This document shows, piece after piece, positions 7,690 through 16,296 of a stretch of 32,000 nucleotides of DNA. The notes below the pieces were generated by a model. That model was not told where the DNA came from. It ran no database searches and worked only from the letters and a program-made list of their open reading frames with translations. Made by a program: the position numbers and the translations under genes. The DNA is taken from contig NZ_CP040089.1 in NCBI RefSeq assembly GCF_009617975.1, positions 540,001 through 572,000 of the forward strand, read 5' to 3'. Every line of letters begins with the position of its first letter. The stretch's first letter is position 1. This DNA is from Candidatus Nanohalobium constans. GTDB taxonomy: Archaea > Nanohalarchaeota > Nanosalinia > Nanosalinales > Nanosalinaceae.

Positions 7690-8457
7690 CTAAATTTTTT
7701 GGTCTTCCATTTCTATTCTTGGGTCGGCTAGGTTTTCAAGAAAGAAGTTTAATTCTAATTCGGATTTTTTAACTGCGTTTTTTCTTTTACGTGTTTTTTC
7801 AAGCATTTTCCGGTAGTTTTTCTGGGTGTCGGCTACTTTTCCAAAGGTTAGTGCTGATACCAGTTTCTGTTTTTCTTGGCTGGGGTTGTCTTCGTATTTG
7901 TCTAAGGCTTTTAGAGGTCCTATTGGAGTTTCTGGTTTGGATTTTCTCAGGCGGTAGAAGACTTTTTTCCATATAGGCAGATCTGAGTAAATGAAGGATT
8001 CTATATTTTCCTCTTCGAACTGAAGGAATTCTCCGTATCTCCTGTGCATTTTTGTTTTGTATTTTTTGTCTGTAATTGGTTTGAAGAACTCCTTGGAATA
8101 CTGTTTTTTGGTGCAGAAGATTCTAGCCTTTATTTCTGCTTTTTCAATCATTTCTGATGTGTTAGATGTGTCTCCCAGCATTTTTGTGAATGATTCAGCA
8201 ATTGTCTTTCCAGGGTTTCTGTTGACGTAGCAGTTGTAGCCTATAGAGTTTAATTTGGAAATCAATTTGTTCAATTCTTCTTCATCGGGTAGGAAAACCT
8301 CTACGTCTGTTGCAGGTTTCTCGCCCATCGCTGTTAGAAGTAACCGGGCTAGATCACCGTTGTTCAGATAGTCGTTTATTTCGTTTTTCAGGTTTCCTAA
8401 ACTTGTTTCAGTTTTTTGTTCAGAAATATGTTTCTCCAGTTTCATGTTTGGCGTCAT
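7690..8457 (-). CDS. Hypothetical lysine-rich (basic) protein
   Basis: 255-aa ORF with an ATG start. K/R-rich, unlike the acidic neighbours. Only a weak nucleotidyltransferase-like stretch (AMGEKPATDVEVFLPDEEE), which I do not consider diagnostic. Confidence 0.55.
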   Translation of the reverse strand: MTPNMKLEKHISEQKTETSLGNLKNEINDYLNNGDLARLLLTAMGEKPATDVEVFLPDEEELNKLISKLNSIGYNCYVNRNPGKTIAESFTKMLGDTSNTSEMIEKAEIKARIFCTKKQYSKEFFKPITDKKYKTKMHRRYGEFLQFEEENIESFIYSDLPIWKKVFYRLRKSKPETPIGPLKALDKYEDNPSQEKQKLVSALTFGKVADTQKNYRKMLEKTRKRKNAVKKSELELNFFLENLADPRIEMEDQKI

Positions 8458-8558
8458 TTTTTCGTTTGTTATTTGGATGTGAGGAAGTGTATGTCGCCCT
8501 TATAAAGATGGGTGGGAATTGTTTATTTACAAATTACAAAGGAGGTGTTATTTAGTTT

Positions 8559-8756
8559 ATGCAAGGTACTGTAAAGTTCTTCCATGATGGAGACGGTTAC
8601 GGATTCATCGAGACTGAAGAGATTGACGACGATGTTTTCTTCCACATGAGCGAACTACCTGAAGGCGTAGAAGAAGTTGAAGAAGGCGCTGATGTAGAGT
8701 TCGAGCAGGAAGAAGGCGACAGAGGTCCAAAGGCAACAAATCTAGAGCTGGCTTAA
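8559..8756 (+). CDS. Cold-shock domain protein
   Basis: MQGTVKFFHDGDGYGFIETEEIDDDVFFHMSEL...GPKATNLEL shows RNP1/RNP2-like motifs of CspA-type proteins (GYGFI, VFFH). GGAGGTG (8541-8547) lies 11 nt upstream of the ATG, and a TATA-like TTATAAAG is at 8500-8507. Confidence 0.9.
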   Translation: MQGTVKFFHDGDGYGFIETEEIDDDVFFHMSELPEGVEEVEEGADVEFEQEEGDRGPKATNLELA

Positions 8757-8876
8757 AGCTCCTAGAATGAGTCAATTTGTTTCTCTAAAAAACTCTTTTT
8801 TCTCTATTTAATTTTACTATTTCTCCTAGAAAACAACAGCTAGAACCTGGTACGAAAGAGTTGAAGGAGGAAATTT

Positions 8877-9467
8877 TTAGAAGTCGAAGCTTCCCTGAGC
8901 GACTATCTCATCCATATCTTTCCTTCCGTTCGGCTCTACCCGCATATCCTCCGGCAGTTCAGATTCATCTCCTTTACTGCCGATAGCAACCATTGCTTCT
9001 ACTTCAAATCCTTCAGGAATATCCAGTACTTCTTTTGCTTTTTTGTAGTCGAATCCCTGCATGCCGTGAGCTACTAGATCTCTTCTAGCTGCTTCCAGCG
9101 CCAGGTTTTCCCATGCTGCGCCTGTGTCGAAGCTGTGGGTTATTGATTCTTCGCCGTTGTGGTCGAAGGTTGTTTTTGATGCAACTACTACTAGTGCGTA
9201 TCCTTTTTCTGCCCAGTCGCGGTTGAAGTCATTCATTAGGCTGCAGAAGTCTTCCCATTCCTGGTCTTCATAAGTTGCGTACATGAATCTCCAGCTCTGA
9301 TTATTATAGCTGCTTGGCGCCCATCTGGCGGCTTCGAACAATGCCATCAGATCTTCCTGGTTCATGTCTCTTTCCAGTGCGCGTGGAGAGTAACGGTTCA
9401 GGAATAACGGACTGATTTCGTATTCTGCGTTTCGCTTGCCTTCAACATCTTCTCGTAATTCTTTCAT
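8877..9467 (-). CDS. Nitroreductase-family oxidoreductase
   Basis: RYSPRAL...LFEAARWAPSSYNNQSWRF plus the C-terminal GFD...IPEGFEV...IGS pattern typical of the NADH/FMN nitroreductase fold. Confidence 0.85.
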   Translation of the reverse strand: MKELREDVEGKRNAEYEISPLFLNRYSPRALERDMNQEDLMALFEAARWAPSSYNNQSWRFMYATYEDQEWEDFCSLMNDFNRDWAEKGYALVVVASKTTFDHNGEESITHSFDTGAAWENLALEAARRDLVAHGMQGFDYKKAKEVLDIPEGFEVEAMVAIGSKGDESELPEDMRVEPNGRKDMDEIVAQGSFDF

Positions 9468-9522
9468 GAATGAAAACTTCGAGAGAAAGTTACTAAAGGT
9501 ATCTAGGTACTATACAGTAACC

Positions 9523-10050
9523 TTATTTTAGTTTGAGTGAATCCTTCTCTACTAGTTCATCATCTTCTAACTCGAGGAGTTTAGCCTTCATATCCTCTTC
9601 ATCTATCTCAATCATTGTTGGATTTGTCTCCCTGCTTGATCCTCCACCCACACCAGTGCAGCTGCCAGGATTCAGGATTATACAGTTTTCCAGCTCCGTG
9701 AGCTCTTCATGGTGAGTGTGGCCCGTGATCAATATATCTACTTCGAGATCTTCCACAGCTATCTTCTGAAGGGTGTCGTGATCTCCACGCGGATTAATAC
9801 CTGTGCCGTGATATGCTCCGAACTTCACACCATCTCTCTCAAATGCCTTAGAATTCGGTAGGTCGAAGAAGTCGCAGTTTCCTTTTACAGCGATTAGTTC
9901 TCCGTATTCTTCTATTCCGTTGTATACTTCTTGTTCGGCGAAGTCTCCTGAGTGTATTATCAGATCTGAGCCCTTCATTTTTTCTCTGACTGGTTCAGGT
10001 ATTTTTTCTGCCCGGGTTGGAACATGGCTGTCGGAGACTACTGCTATCAT
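9523..10050 (-). CDS. Metallophosphoesterase (YfcE / MJ0936 family)
   Basis: MIAVVSDSHVP, IHSGD, GNCD, and ILITGHTHH in canonical order. Confidence 0.85.
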   Translation of the reverse strand: MIAVVSDSHVPTRAEKIPEPVREKMKGSDLIIHSGDFAEQEVYNGIEEYGELIAVKGNCDFFDLPNSKAFERDGVKFGAYHGTGINPRGDHDTLQKIAVEDLEVDILITGHTHHEELTELENCIILNPGSCTGVGGGSSRETNPTMIEIDEEDMKAKLLELEDDELVEKDSLKLK

Positions 10051-10146
10051 ATGAATTCATATGAGGTCCGAGTATCTTTAAATACTGGTTGAGTTGAATA
10101 TTTGTTAGGGCGGAGTTTAGGGGAGTATGAGGTATATGTGGTCTAA

Positions 10147-10440
10147 GTGCCTAAAATGCGAGACAAAATACAGAGGAAAAGTATTCTCCTGCTTCTGGGA
10201 GTAACCAAAGCGGTAGCCTCAACTAATAAAACTGTTCCAGGCAGATGGACCGAGTTCATTAATTCTATAAGAGTTACTAGTCAAACAGCCCACCTCAAAC
10301 TTATACAGATCGACGAGAAAGCAGCCCTAGAGTTTTATGACATGGAAAAAGACTTCAAGAGAAGAATTGGTAGGGGAAAACTGTACACTAAGTCAGATAT
10401 TGAGGATGCTCGCCATAGAATAGAAAAAGTTGATTTTTAA
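10147..10440 (+). CDS. Hypothetical basic protein (doubtful)
   Basis: 97-aa ORF with no motif. Its antisense strand carries HEPN-like fragments interrupted by stops, so either strand could be the relic. Confidence 0.3.
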   Translation: MPKMRDKIQRKSILLLLGVTKAVASTNKTVPGRWTEFINSIRVTSQTAHLKLIQIDEKAALEFYDMEKDFKRRIGRGKLYTKSDIEDARHRIEKVDF

Positions 10441-10592
10441 TCGACAGGAAGTTATTTCCTTACTTTGTATCTGTTGTTCAAATCTTGTAACTGCCTGTGC
10501 TCGTAGTGATCATGCTTCTCCATGATTTGGCAACTGCTCCTTAACGTTCCCTTCTTCAACATATGACTGAAATTCTCTCATATTTCATCCTC

Positions 10593-10905
10593 TCATGCTA
10601 TATTTAGATAACCATGAAGAATGATGCCGTTTGCAAGTGTTTCTAACATGTTTTCAAGTATCTCGCCCTTGTAGTCTTCCACTATTTCCTTAATTAAATC
10701 TGAAGTACGAAATCTGTCCAGATTTACTGACTGCTTTAGATCAGTATTTTCCTCTCTTTTAAACGAAGCTAGCTTGGAATTTCTCTCCTCAACCAGATCT
10801 AGGACCCCTTTATCATTTAAACCATCAAACTTGCTTGAAATAGAAGATTTAGAATAACTTAGCTCCTCTGAAACCTCAGACCGAGTACTTTTGCATAGGA
10901 TTCAT
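10593..10905 (-). pseudogene. Frameshifted small winged-helix regulator
   Basis: Own translation: ATG at 10905 gives MNPMQKYSV then a stop. The adjacent frame reads KSTRSEVSEELSYSKSSISSKFDGLNDKGVLDLVEERNSKLASFKREEN...ILENMLETLANGIILHGYLNIA* with no usable start codon. The span is 313 nt (3n+1), consistent with one indel. Confidence 0.45.
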
Positions 10906-10997
10906 GCAGAAGAATTCCAGGACTTCCTCCTCAGAAGTATTAACCAGACTAAACAAATGTTAACCTCAGTTAACAAGAGTTAAAAAAGTTTAACAAA

Positions 10998-12287
10998 CTA
11001 CAGCCCAAGCTTCTGCATCATGTTCTGCATATTACCACGCTTCATAGATTTCTTGTCAAACTTGTCAACCATGTTCTTAGTTTGACGGTAATGCTTGATC
11101 AGCTCCTGAACATCCTCTACAGATGTTCCTGAACCGTTCGCAATTCTTTCTCTTCTTTCTCTATTGATTACTGATGGATCTTTTACTTCTTCATCAGTCA
11201 TGGAGTCAATTATGACATTGTAAGATTGTATTTTGCCTTCAGTCAGGTTAGCAACATTGTCTGGGATCTGGTCTGAGGAGAATGGTAGTTGACTCATCAT
11301 TTCCTCCATCATTCCACTGTCTGTGACAGATGCCATCTGCTCCTGAAAGTCTTCCAAGGTAAATTCTCCTTCCAGAATTGCCTCCGGGTCGGTGTCCAGC
11401 TCCTCTATCTTCTCCAGAAGGCTTTCCAGGTCCGGCTGCCCAATCATATCAGACACAAAGTCAACAGGATCGTAAACTTCGAGGTCCGCCATCTTCTCAC
11501 CGGTACCGATAAACTTGACAGAGATATCCGCGTGTTGACATGCAACCAGCGCCCCACCACCTTTAGCGGAGGAATCCATCTTAGTAACGATAACTCCAGA
11601 AAGTCCTACTGCATCATCAAAGTTCTCAGCCTGATCTCTCGCAGACTGACCAATATCGGCAGGGATAACCAGGTACTTCTCATCGGGCTGTAGAACCTTC
11701 TCCATATCAGAGAGTTCCTGCTTCAAATCATCATTCAACGAGTTCCTACCCGCCGAGTCAACGATTAAGACATCGACATCCAGCTCTTCCTTACCGTTTT
11801 CAACGACTTGAACAGGATCTTCAGCATCTTTCTCACCGTAGAAACTGGCTTCAACATCATCCGCAATCTGCTGTAGCTGTTCGAATGCGGCTGGTCTGTC
11901 AGTGTCTGCTGCGATGACTCCAACCTTCATGCCTCTTTTTCGGTAGAAGTCCGCTAGTTTACCTGTTGTAGTTGTCTTTCCTGCTCCGTAGAGTCCACAT
12001 AGTAGTATTGTCTGTGGCTCTATCTCAACTTCGGATTCCTCTCCGAGTAGTTCTTCTAGCTTGTTATAGACTACTTCCAGTACATGTTCTTTTCTGCTTA
12101 GACCGTCTTTTTTCTCTCCCAGGCTTTCTTCTCTTATTTCGTCAGAAAGGTCTGAGACCAGGCTTACATCTACATCTGCTTTTATGAGGTCTCTTTGTAT
12201 GTCTTTGACTAGTTGTTCTACTGCTTCTTCATCTGCTACATTGCTTGAGGAGAATTTCTGGATGCTGTCCTTGATTTTGTCAAACAT
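10998..12287 (-). CDS. srp54: Signal recognition particle protein SRP54
   Basis: NG domain GTPase motifs GLYGAGKTTT, DTDRPAA, DSAGR, TKMD, followed by a Met-rich M domain (GMMEEMMSQLPF..., MQNMMQKLGL). Confidence 0.95.
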   Translation of the reverse strand: MFDKIKDSIQKFSSSNVADEEAVEQLVKDIQRDLIKADVDVSLVSDLSDEIREESLGEKKDGLSRKEHVLEVVYNKLEELLGEESEVEIEPQTILLCGLYGAGKTTTTGKLADFYRKRGMKVGVIAADTDRPAAFEQLQQIADDVEASFYGEKDAEDPVQVVENGKEELDVDVLIVDSAGRNSLNDDLKQELSDMEKVLQPDEKYLVIPADIGQSARDQAENFDDAVGLSGVIVTKMDSSAKGGGALVACQHADISVKFIGTGEKMADLEVYDPVDFVSDMIGQPDLESLLEKIEELDTDPEAILEGEFTLEDFQEQMASVTDSGMMEEMMSQLPFSSDQIPDNVANLTEGKIQSYNVIIDSMTDEEVKDPSVINRERRERIANGSGTSVEDVQELIKHYRQTKNMVDKFDKKSMKRGNMQNMMQKLGL

Positions 12288-12326
12288 GTCTAGGAATGAA
12301 GTGGCAAGGATTAAATGGTCTGTCTC

Positions 12327-12665
12327 TCAGTGACCAATATTCCAGTACTTGTACATGAGTGTTCCTAGTACCCCTCCAAGTAGGAATACTCCGGTTGAGA
12401 GATAGATTGCTTTCATCAATGGCACCGTATTCCAGGATAGGTATATGAAAGATGCGAAAAATGCGTTTATTCCTGATAGTATTGGGTTCCGTAGTAAGCC
12501 TAGGCTTTTCCAGGCTTTTTCCAGGGTTCTGAATTGGAAGAGGAGCCAGGCTGTCATTGGTATTGTTGTTGCTGCTTGTATGGTTGTTGTTTTTTGGTTG
12601 AGTAGTGCTCCGACGGCGGCAGAGATGAGTGCTATTATGATTGCTTTTACGGCAGAATTATCCAT
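12327..12665 (-). CDS. Small integral membrane protein
   Basis: 112 aa with 3-4 hydrophobic segments. Same strand as srp54 and 39 nt upstream of it. Confidence 0.55.
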   Translation of the reverse strand: MDNSAVKAIIIALISAAVGALLNQKTTTIQAATTIPMTAWLLFQFRTLEKAWKSLGLLRNPILSGINAFFASFIYLSWNTVPLMKAIYLSTGVFLLGGVLGTLMYKYWNIGH

Positions 12666-12723
12666 CTATGAGGAGTTGTGTGTTTAAGGGATAAAAGATT
12701 TTCACTACCGTTTTATTCTTACA

Positions 12724-13530
12724 ATGGAGTTTTCGCTGACAAGAGTTGGAGACGAAAATATGCATTTGTATGATTCAGAGATTGAGTCACGGATTCAGCT
12801 TGTGTTTGTTCCCGGTGTTTTCTCAGCAGAGGCTTGGAAGTACCAGGTAAATTATTTTTCTGAGGATTACAGGACAGTAACTTATCAGCCTACAGTCAGT
12901 AACCGAGGTTTTGAAGGTCATAGAAAGGCTTTGAAACAGATAATTAACCAGGATGAAATGGATAATATTGTTTTGATAGGTGCTAACTACAGCAATTCTC
13001 TGGTACAGGGTTTTGAGGCACATGAGAGTGTTTCAGCGACTGTTGTTGGCGGGGCTAAAAAGAAGTTGAAGAAAGGTATTCCTAAGGAAGTTTATCAGGG
13101 TTTGACCTCAGGAGTTTTCCCTGTGAAGCTTTTCAAGAAGCTTTTCATGAAATCTATGCGTTATAAGGAGGTTAGGAGTTTCTGTAAGGATGTCAGCTTC
13201 CTTGATTTCAACGATTTTAAGTCATTTCAGGAAAGGTTCGGCGTTAGGAAGCCTGAGAAGGAGTGTATGATTGTACATGCTACTAGAGATATTTTCTCCG
13301 ATCGAGGTTATGCTAAGAATTTGATGTCTAGTGCTTCGGTTTCTGAGGTTGAATCAGGTGTTTTCAGTTTTTATGAGAAGCCTCAGGAGTTTAACAAGAT
13401 TTTGAATGATTTCCTGATCAAGATTGAGAGGAAAGCGATTAAGGAGAAAATTGAGGAAGAAAAGGAGAATAATAAGACGCTTGTAGATTTTGAAAACGGT
13501 AAAAGATTGGCTAAGGTGAATCAAGAATGA
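12724..13530 (+). CDS. Alpha/beta-hydrolase-fold protein with degenerate catalytic residues
   Basis: QLVFVPGVFSAEAWKYQVNYF...YRTVTY and CMIVHATRDIF...YEKPQEFNKILNDFL follow alpha/beta-hydrolase topology. The nucleophile elbow reads IGANYSN instead of GxSxG, and the expected His position reads SGVFSFYE. Confidence 0.6.
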   Translation: MEFSLTRVGDENMHLYDSEIESRIQLVFVPGVFSAEAWKYQVNYFSEDYRTVTYQPTVSNRGFEGHRKALKQIINQDEMDNIVLIGANYSNSLVQGFEAHESVSATVVGGAKKKLKKGIPKEVYQGLTSGVFPVKLFKKLFMKSMRYKEVRSFCKDVSFLDFNDFKSFQERFGVRKPEKECMIVHATRDIFSDRGYAKNLMSSASVSEVESGVFSFYEKPQEFNKILNDFLIKIERKAIKEKIEEEKENNKTLVDFENGKRLAKVNQE

Positions 13531-14039
13531 TTGCAGGAGTTATACTCAGCAACAGCTTGGATAAAGACTCGAAAATCGCTTTTCTAGGAGATGAACTGGA
13601 AACCTTTTCAGTTGAAACCAACCAAGAAATAGTTGACCTGGTAGAGGAGAAACAACCCGAGATTATAGCTTTCGATGTAGGTACAGAGCAAGGACCTAAA
13701 GAGTTTACTAAGGCCGAGCAGGAGCTACAGGACGAGGGATACATCTTTACACCGAACAGCCATCAAGAAAGGAAGGTTGAAAGGTTGCAGAGCCTGGAAA
13801 AACACTTGAAACACCAGTTAGATTATATTCCAGAGATAATCAGATTTGAACCACAGATAACCGCTGAAGAACTGATGCTGGATGGAGAAGACGCTCTAAA
13901 ATCGATCGGAATCGAGGGAGACATCAGCGGAGCTAAGGAGTTTGACGCTGTTCTAGGCGCTGTGACAGCCAGGTTCTACAGCCAAGACCAGTTTGAGGAA
14001 ATGGGAGTTGTGGTTCCTGAAAACCTGGACAACTCTTAA
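13527..14039 (+). CDS. Hypothetical acidic protein
   Basis: ATGA overlap with the upstream stop. The N-terminus (MIAGVIL...KIAFLGDELETF...EIVDLVEEKQPEIIAFDVG) loosely resembles the first strands and helix of an RNase H-like fold but lacks the first Asp. Confidence 0.5.
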   Translation: MIAGVILSNSLDKDSKIAFLGDELETFSVETNQEIVDLVEEKQPEIIAFDVGTEQGPKEFTKAEQELQDEGYIFTPNSHQERKVERLQSLEKHLKHQLDYIPEIIRFEPQITAEELMLDGEDALKSIGIEGDISGAKEFDAVLGAVTARFYSQDQFEEMGVVVPENLDNS

Positions 14040-14081
14040 AAGATTTTTAGTATGAATAGGTAAATACAAGGCGTTAAAATT

Positions 14082-14423
14082 ATGGGAATGGAGAAATTTT
14101 ACTCAACGGTCAGGCAGCAGTTCGGACTTGACAAAGAACAGATGAAACAAGAAGTCAAGGACGAAGTCACAGCAGAGCTGCGAGAAGAACTAGGAGAAGA
14201 AATCAGCTACATCGAAGCACAACTCAAAGAATACGAACAACTAGTAGCAGAAGTCAACCACCTACTCGCCACAATGAGAAAAGACCGAATCCAGAAAAGA
14301 AGCGAAGGCAAGCAGATCAAAATGGACGAAATGGACGAAGACCTCCAACCACTGAAATCCAAACTGAAGAAACTGGAGAAATCCATGCAAAAACGCCTAG
14401 ACGAAGGCACAGCATTTAGCTAG
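14082..14423 (+). CDS. Hypothetical coiled-coil protein
   Basis: 113-aa charged heptad-like sequence with no motif. Confidence 0.5.
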   Translation: MGMEKFYSTVRQQFGLDKEQMKQEVKDEVTAELREELGEEISYIEAQLKEYEQLVAEVNHLLATMRKDRIQKRSEGKQIKMDEMDEDLQPLKSKLKKLEKSMQKRLDEGTAFS

Positions 14424-14431
14424 ATTTTTCT

Positions 14432-14779
14432 ATGAATTGGTCTGAAAAAGTACTTTCAGGTGCTTTAGTCTCAGCAGGCACAGCTATAGGTTATTCAATT
14501 TTTCAACAGAAACTAAATGAAGCAAAAGATGAATATTTGGAAGCTACTCCTGCAGAAAGACAGGAACTAGACGCTGAAGCCAAGGAGTTTATGATGAGTC
14601 ATGAAGTGGACCAAATAGACTCTGTGTACGATTTAGCCACCTCTATTTATAGTGTTGGTTTAGAGGACTTAGATGATCTATTAAAGTATGAGGGAGTCAT
14701 AAAAGACCAAAAAATTACAAGCAACAGCAGAGAAAGATCAATGAGAGATTTAGAAGAAAAAATAGATAACTTATTCTAA
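14432..14779 (+). CDS. Hypothetical protein with N-terminal hydrophobic anchor
   Basis: 115 aa. The N-terminus (VLSGALVSAGTAIGYSIF) is hydrophobic and the rest is acidic. Its 3' end overlaps ftsY by 9 nt (convergent). Confidence 0.5.
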   Translation: MNWSEKVLSGALVSAGTAIGYSIFQQKLNEAKDEYLEATPAERQELDAEAKEFMMSHEVDQIDSVYDLATSIYSVGLEDLDDLLKYEGVIKDQKITSNSRERSMRDLEEKIDNLF

Positions 14780-15661
14780 TATTTCCTCTACAAATTCTTC
14801 CTTGTCAAACTCCTCTAAGTCTCCATACTTCTGCCCTGTGCCGATATAGGCAACCGGTTTACCGCTTCTCTGACTTATGGAAATTATAGCACCGCCGTTC
14901 TCATCGACATCCATTTTGGTGACTATTATAGCGTCGAACATCCCTTCATATGCATCTGCCTGCTCCAAAACATCGTTACCAGATAAGGCATCGACTACAA
15001 GGAACGAGATATCCGGATCATTGACTCTGACCATCTTCTCCAGCTCATTCATCAAGTTTTGATCAGCATGACTTCTACCAGCCGTATCAATCAATGCAAT
15101 CTTATCTTCATTCTCTGCATGTTCAACAGCGTCATAAGCTACTGCTGCCGGGTCTGACTCGTATTCATGGCTGATGACTTTGGTATCAAGTTTTTCTCCA
15201 TGCTCCTGTAACTGTTCTATCGATGCTGCCCGGAAAGTATCACCGGCACCAAGAACCACTCCCTCACTTTGGTTCTGAAGCATCTCTGTAAGCTTGGCTG
15301 ATGTCGTTGTCTTTCCTGAGCCGTTGAATCCCATCATGAAGACGACTGGTGGTTTTTCAGCATCTTGTAGCTCACCCAGGAAACTGTATGAATCGTCTAG
15401 CAGGTCTAGTAGTACTTGTTTGACTGCTTCGTTTACTTTTTCTTCTGCTTTACCTCTACGAACATTTTCCCCTAGTAGGGTTTCTCTTAGTTCTTCTTCG
15501 ATGGCTTCTGCTGCTTCGAGCGAGACATTATTTTGAAGCAGTTTGAGTCTTAGTTCTTCTAGAAGCGGGTTGAGTGTGTCTTCGTCCAGTTCTTTTTCCG
15601 CTACAGTTGACTTTACATTTTCGGAAAAGTCTTTGACTGATTCTTTGAATTTGTCTAGCAT
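14771..15661 (-). CDS. ftsY: SRP receptor FtsY
   Basis: GFNGSGKTTT, GDTFRAA, DTAGR, TKMD. I place the start at ATG 15661 (MLDKFKESVKDF...). The 42-codon extension in the ORF track overlaps pfdA and reads as low-complexity Cys/Ser. Confidence 0.95.
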   Translation of the reverse strand: MLDKFKESVKDFSENVKSTVAEKELDEDTLNPLLEELRLKLLQNNVSLEAAEAIEEELRETLLGENVRRGKAEEKVNEAVKQVLLDLLDDSYSFLGELQDAEKPPVVFMMGFNGSGKTTTSAKLTEMLQNQSEGVVLGAGDTFRAASIEQLQEHGEKLDTKVISHEYESDPAAVAYDAVEHAENEDKIALIDTAGRSHADQNLMNELEKMVRVNDPDISFLVVDALSGNDVLEQADAYEGMFDAIIVTKMDVDENGGAIISISQRSGKPVAYIGTGQKYGDLEEFDKEEFVEEILE

Positions 15662-15701
15662 AAGAAGAGTTTGTGGAGATGAAAGTTTAAAGAAAAAGGA
15701 G

Positions 15702-16109
15702 TTATTGTTGTGCTTCTTGCTGTTGTTGCTGGAGCTGCATCTGGATTTGCTGCATCTGCTGCTGCATTTCCTGCAGGTTCTCTTCAAGTTCTTCTCTGGT
15801 CTCCTGAAGTTTCTCTTTCTCCTGCTCTAGGGCGTCTGCTGCTTCGTCATTTTCTCGTTTCTGGTATGTGTCGCCGCCGATGTTGGTTACGACATTTTCT
15901 GTGTCCTGGATCTTGGCTGTGACGAATGCTCCTTTTCCGATCGGTGCTAGGATTTCGCTTCCTTCTTCTACATCTTCAAGTCCTTCGATCGCTGTAATCG
16001 CGTCTTGAACATTTTCCCTGCTTTGCTGGACCTGTTGAAGATATTCCTGCATTTCTTCCATCTGCTGCTGTAGTTGCTGGTATTCCTGCATCATTTCTTG
16101 CTGTTCCAT
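15702..16109 (-). CDS. pfdA: Prefoldin alpha subunit
   Basis: From ATG 16109: N- and C-terminal coiled coils flank a beta-hairpin core (ILAPIGKGAFVTAKIQDTENVVTNIGGDTYQKR). Sits between rplX and ftsY, as in many archaea. Confidence 0.85.
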   Translation of the reverse strand: MEQQEMMQEYQQLQQQMEEMQEYLQQVQQSRENVQDAITAIEGLEDVEEGSEILAPIGKGAFVTAKIQDTENVVTNIGGDTYQKRENDEAADALEQEKEKLQETREELEENLQEMQQQMQQIQMQLQQQQQEAQQ

Positions 16110-16113
16110 GGTA

Positions 16114-16290
16114 TTATGCCTCCTGAGACTCTTCGATTGTGATGCTGCTTCTTGGCTTGCTGTGTTCGCTGCCGAGTTCTGAGTATAGTTTGTCTTTAGC
16201 ATGTTTTTCTGACTCAGCTTCGATTTCACGGTCGAATGGCTGAGCGTGGTTACCTAGCTGGATTTCTCCTGAGAATTCAAAAGTTGTCAT
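16114..16290 (-). CDS. rplX: Ribosomal protein LX (L18Ae/eL20 family)
   Basis: Own translation, 58 aa, below the ORF-track cutoff: MTTFEFSGEIQLGNHAQPFDREIEAESEKHAKDKLYSELGSEHSKPRSSITIEESQEA*. It matches the archaeal LX pattern (F.v.G.....pF..ei.A..e..A.ekvYSelGS.H...R..I.Ie). The TAA at 16114-16116 is 4 nt from the pfdA ATG. Confidence 0.8.
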   Translation of the reverse strand: MTTFEFSGEIQLGNHAQPFDREIEAESEKHAKDKLYSELGSEHSKPRSSITIEESQEA

Positions 16291-16296
16291 AATGTT

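Noticed and set aside
10136-10204. 22-codon ORF MWSKCLKCETKYRGKVFSCFWE* with a CxxC pair
   Set aside because: It is too short, has only one CxxC pair plus a lone Cys, and has no upstream signal. It cannot be supported from sequence alone.
10475-10484. Possible att-type direct repeat of the tRNA-Trp 3' end (TGTTCAAATC at 7034-7043 and again at 10475-10484), which would bracket a ~3.4-kb island
   Set aside because: Only 10 nt match and the flanks diverge immediately. The bracketed genes include ordinary housekeeping-type enzymes and no integrase. A match this short is compatible with chance in AT-rich DNA.
15662-16229. Long N-terminal extensions of the ftsY (to 15787) and pfdA (to 16229) ORFs
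   Set aside because: The extensions overlap the neighbouring genes (pfdA and rplX respectively) and read as low-complexity sequence. Internal ATGs at 15661 and 16109 give proteins that start like their families.
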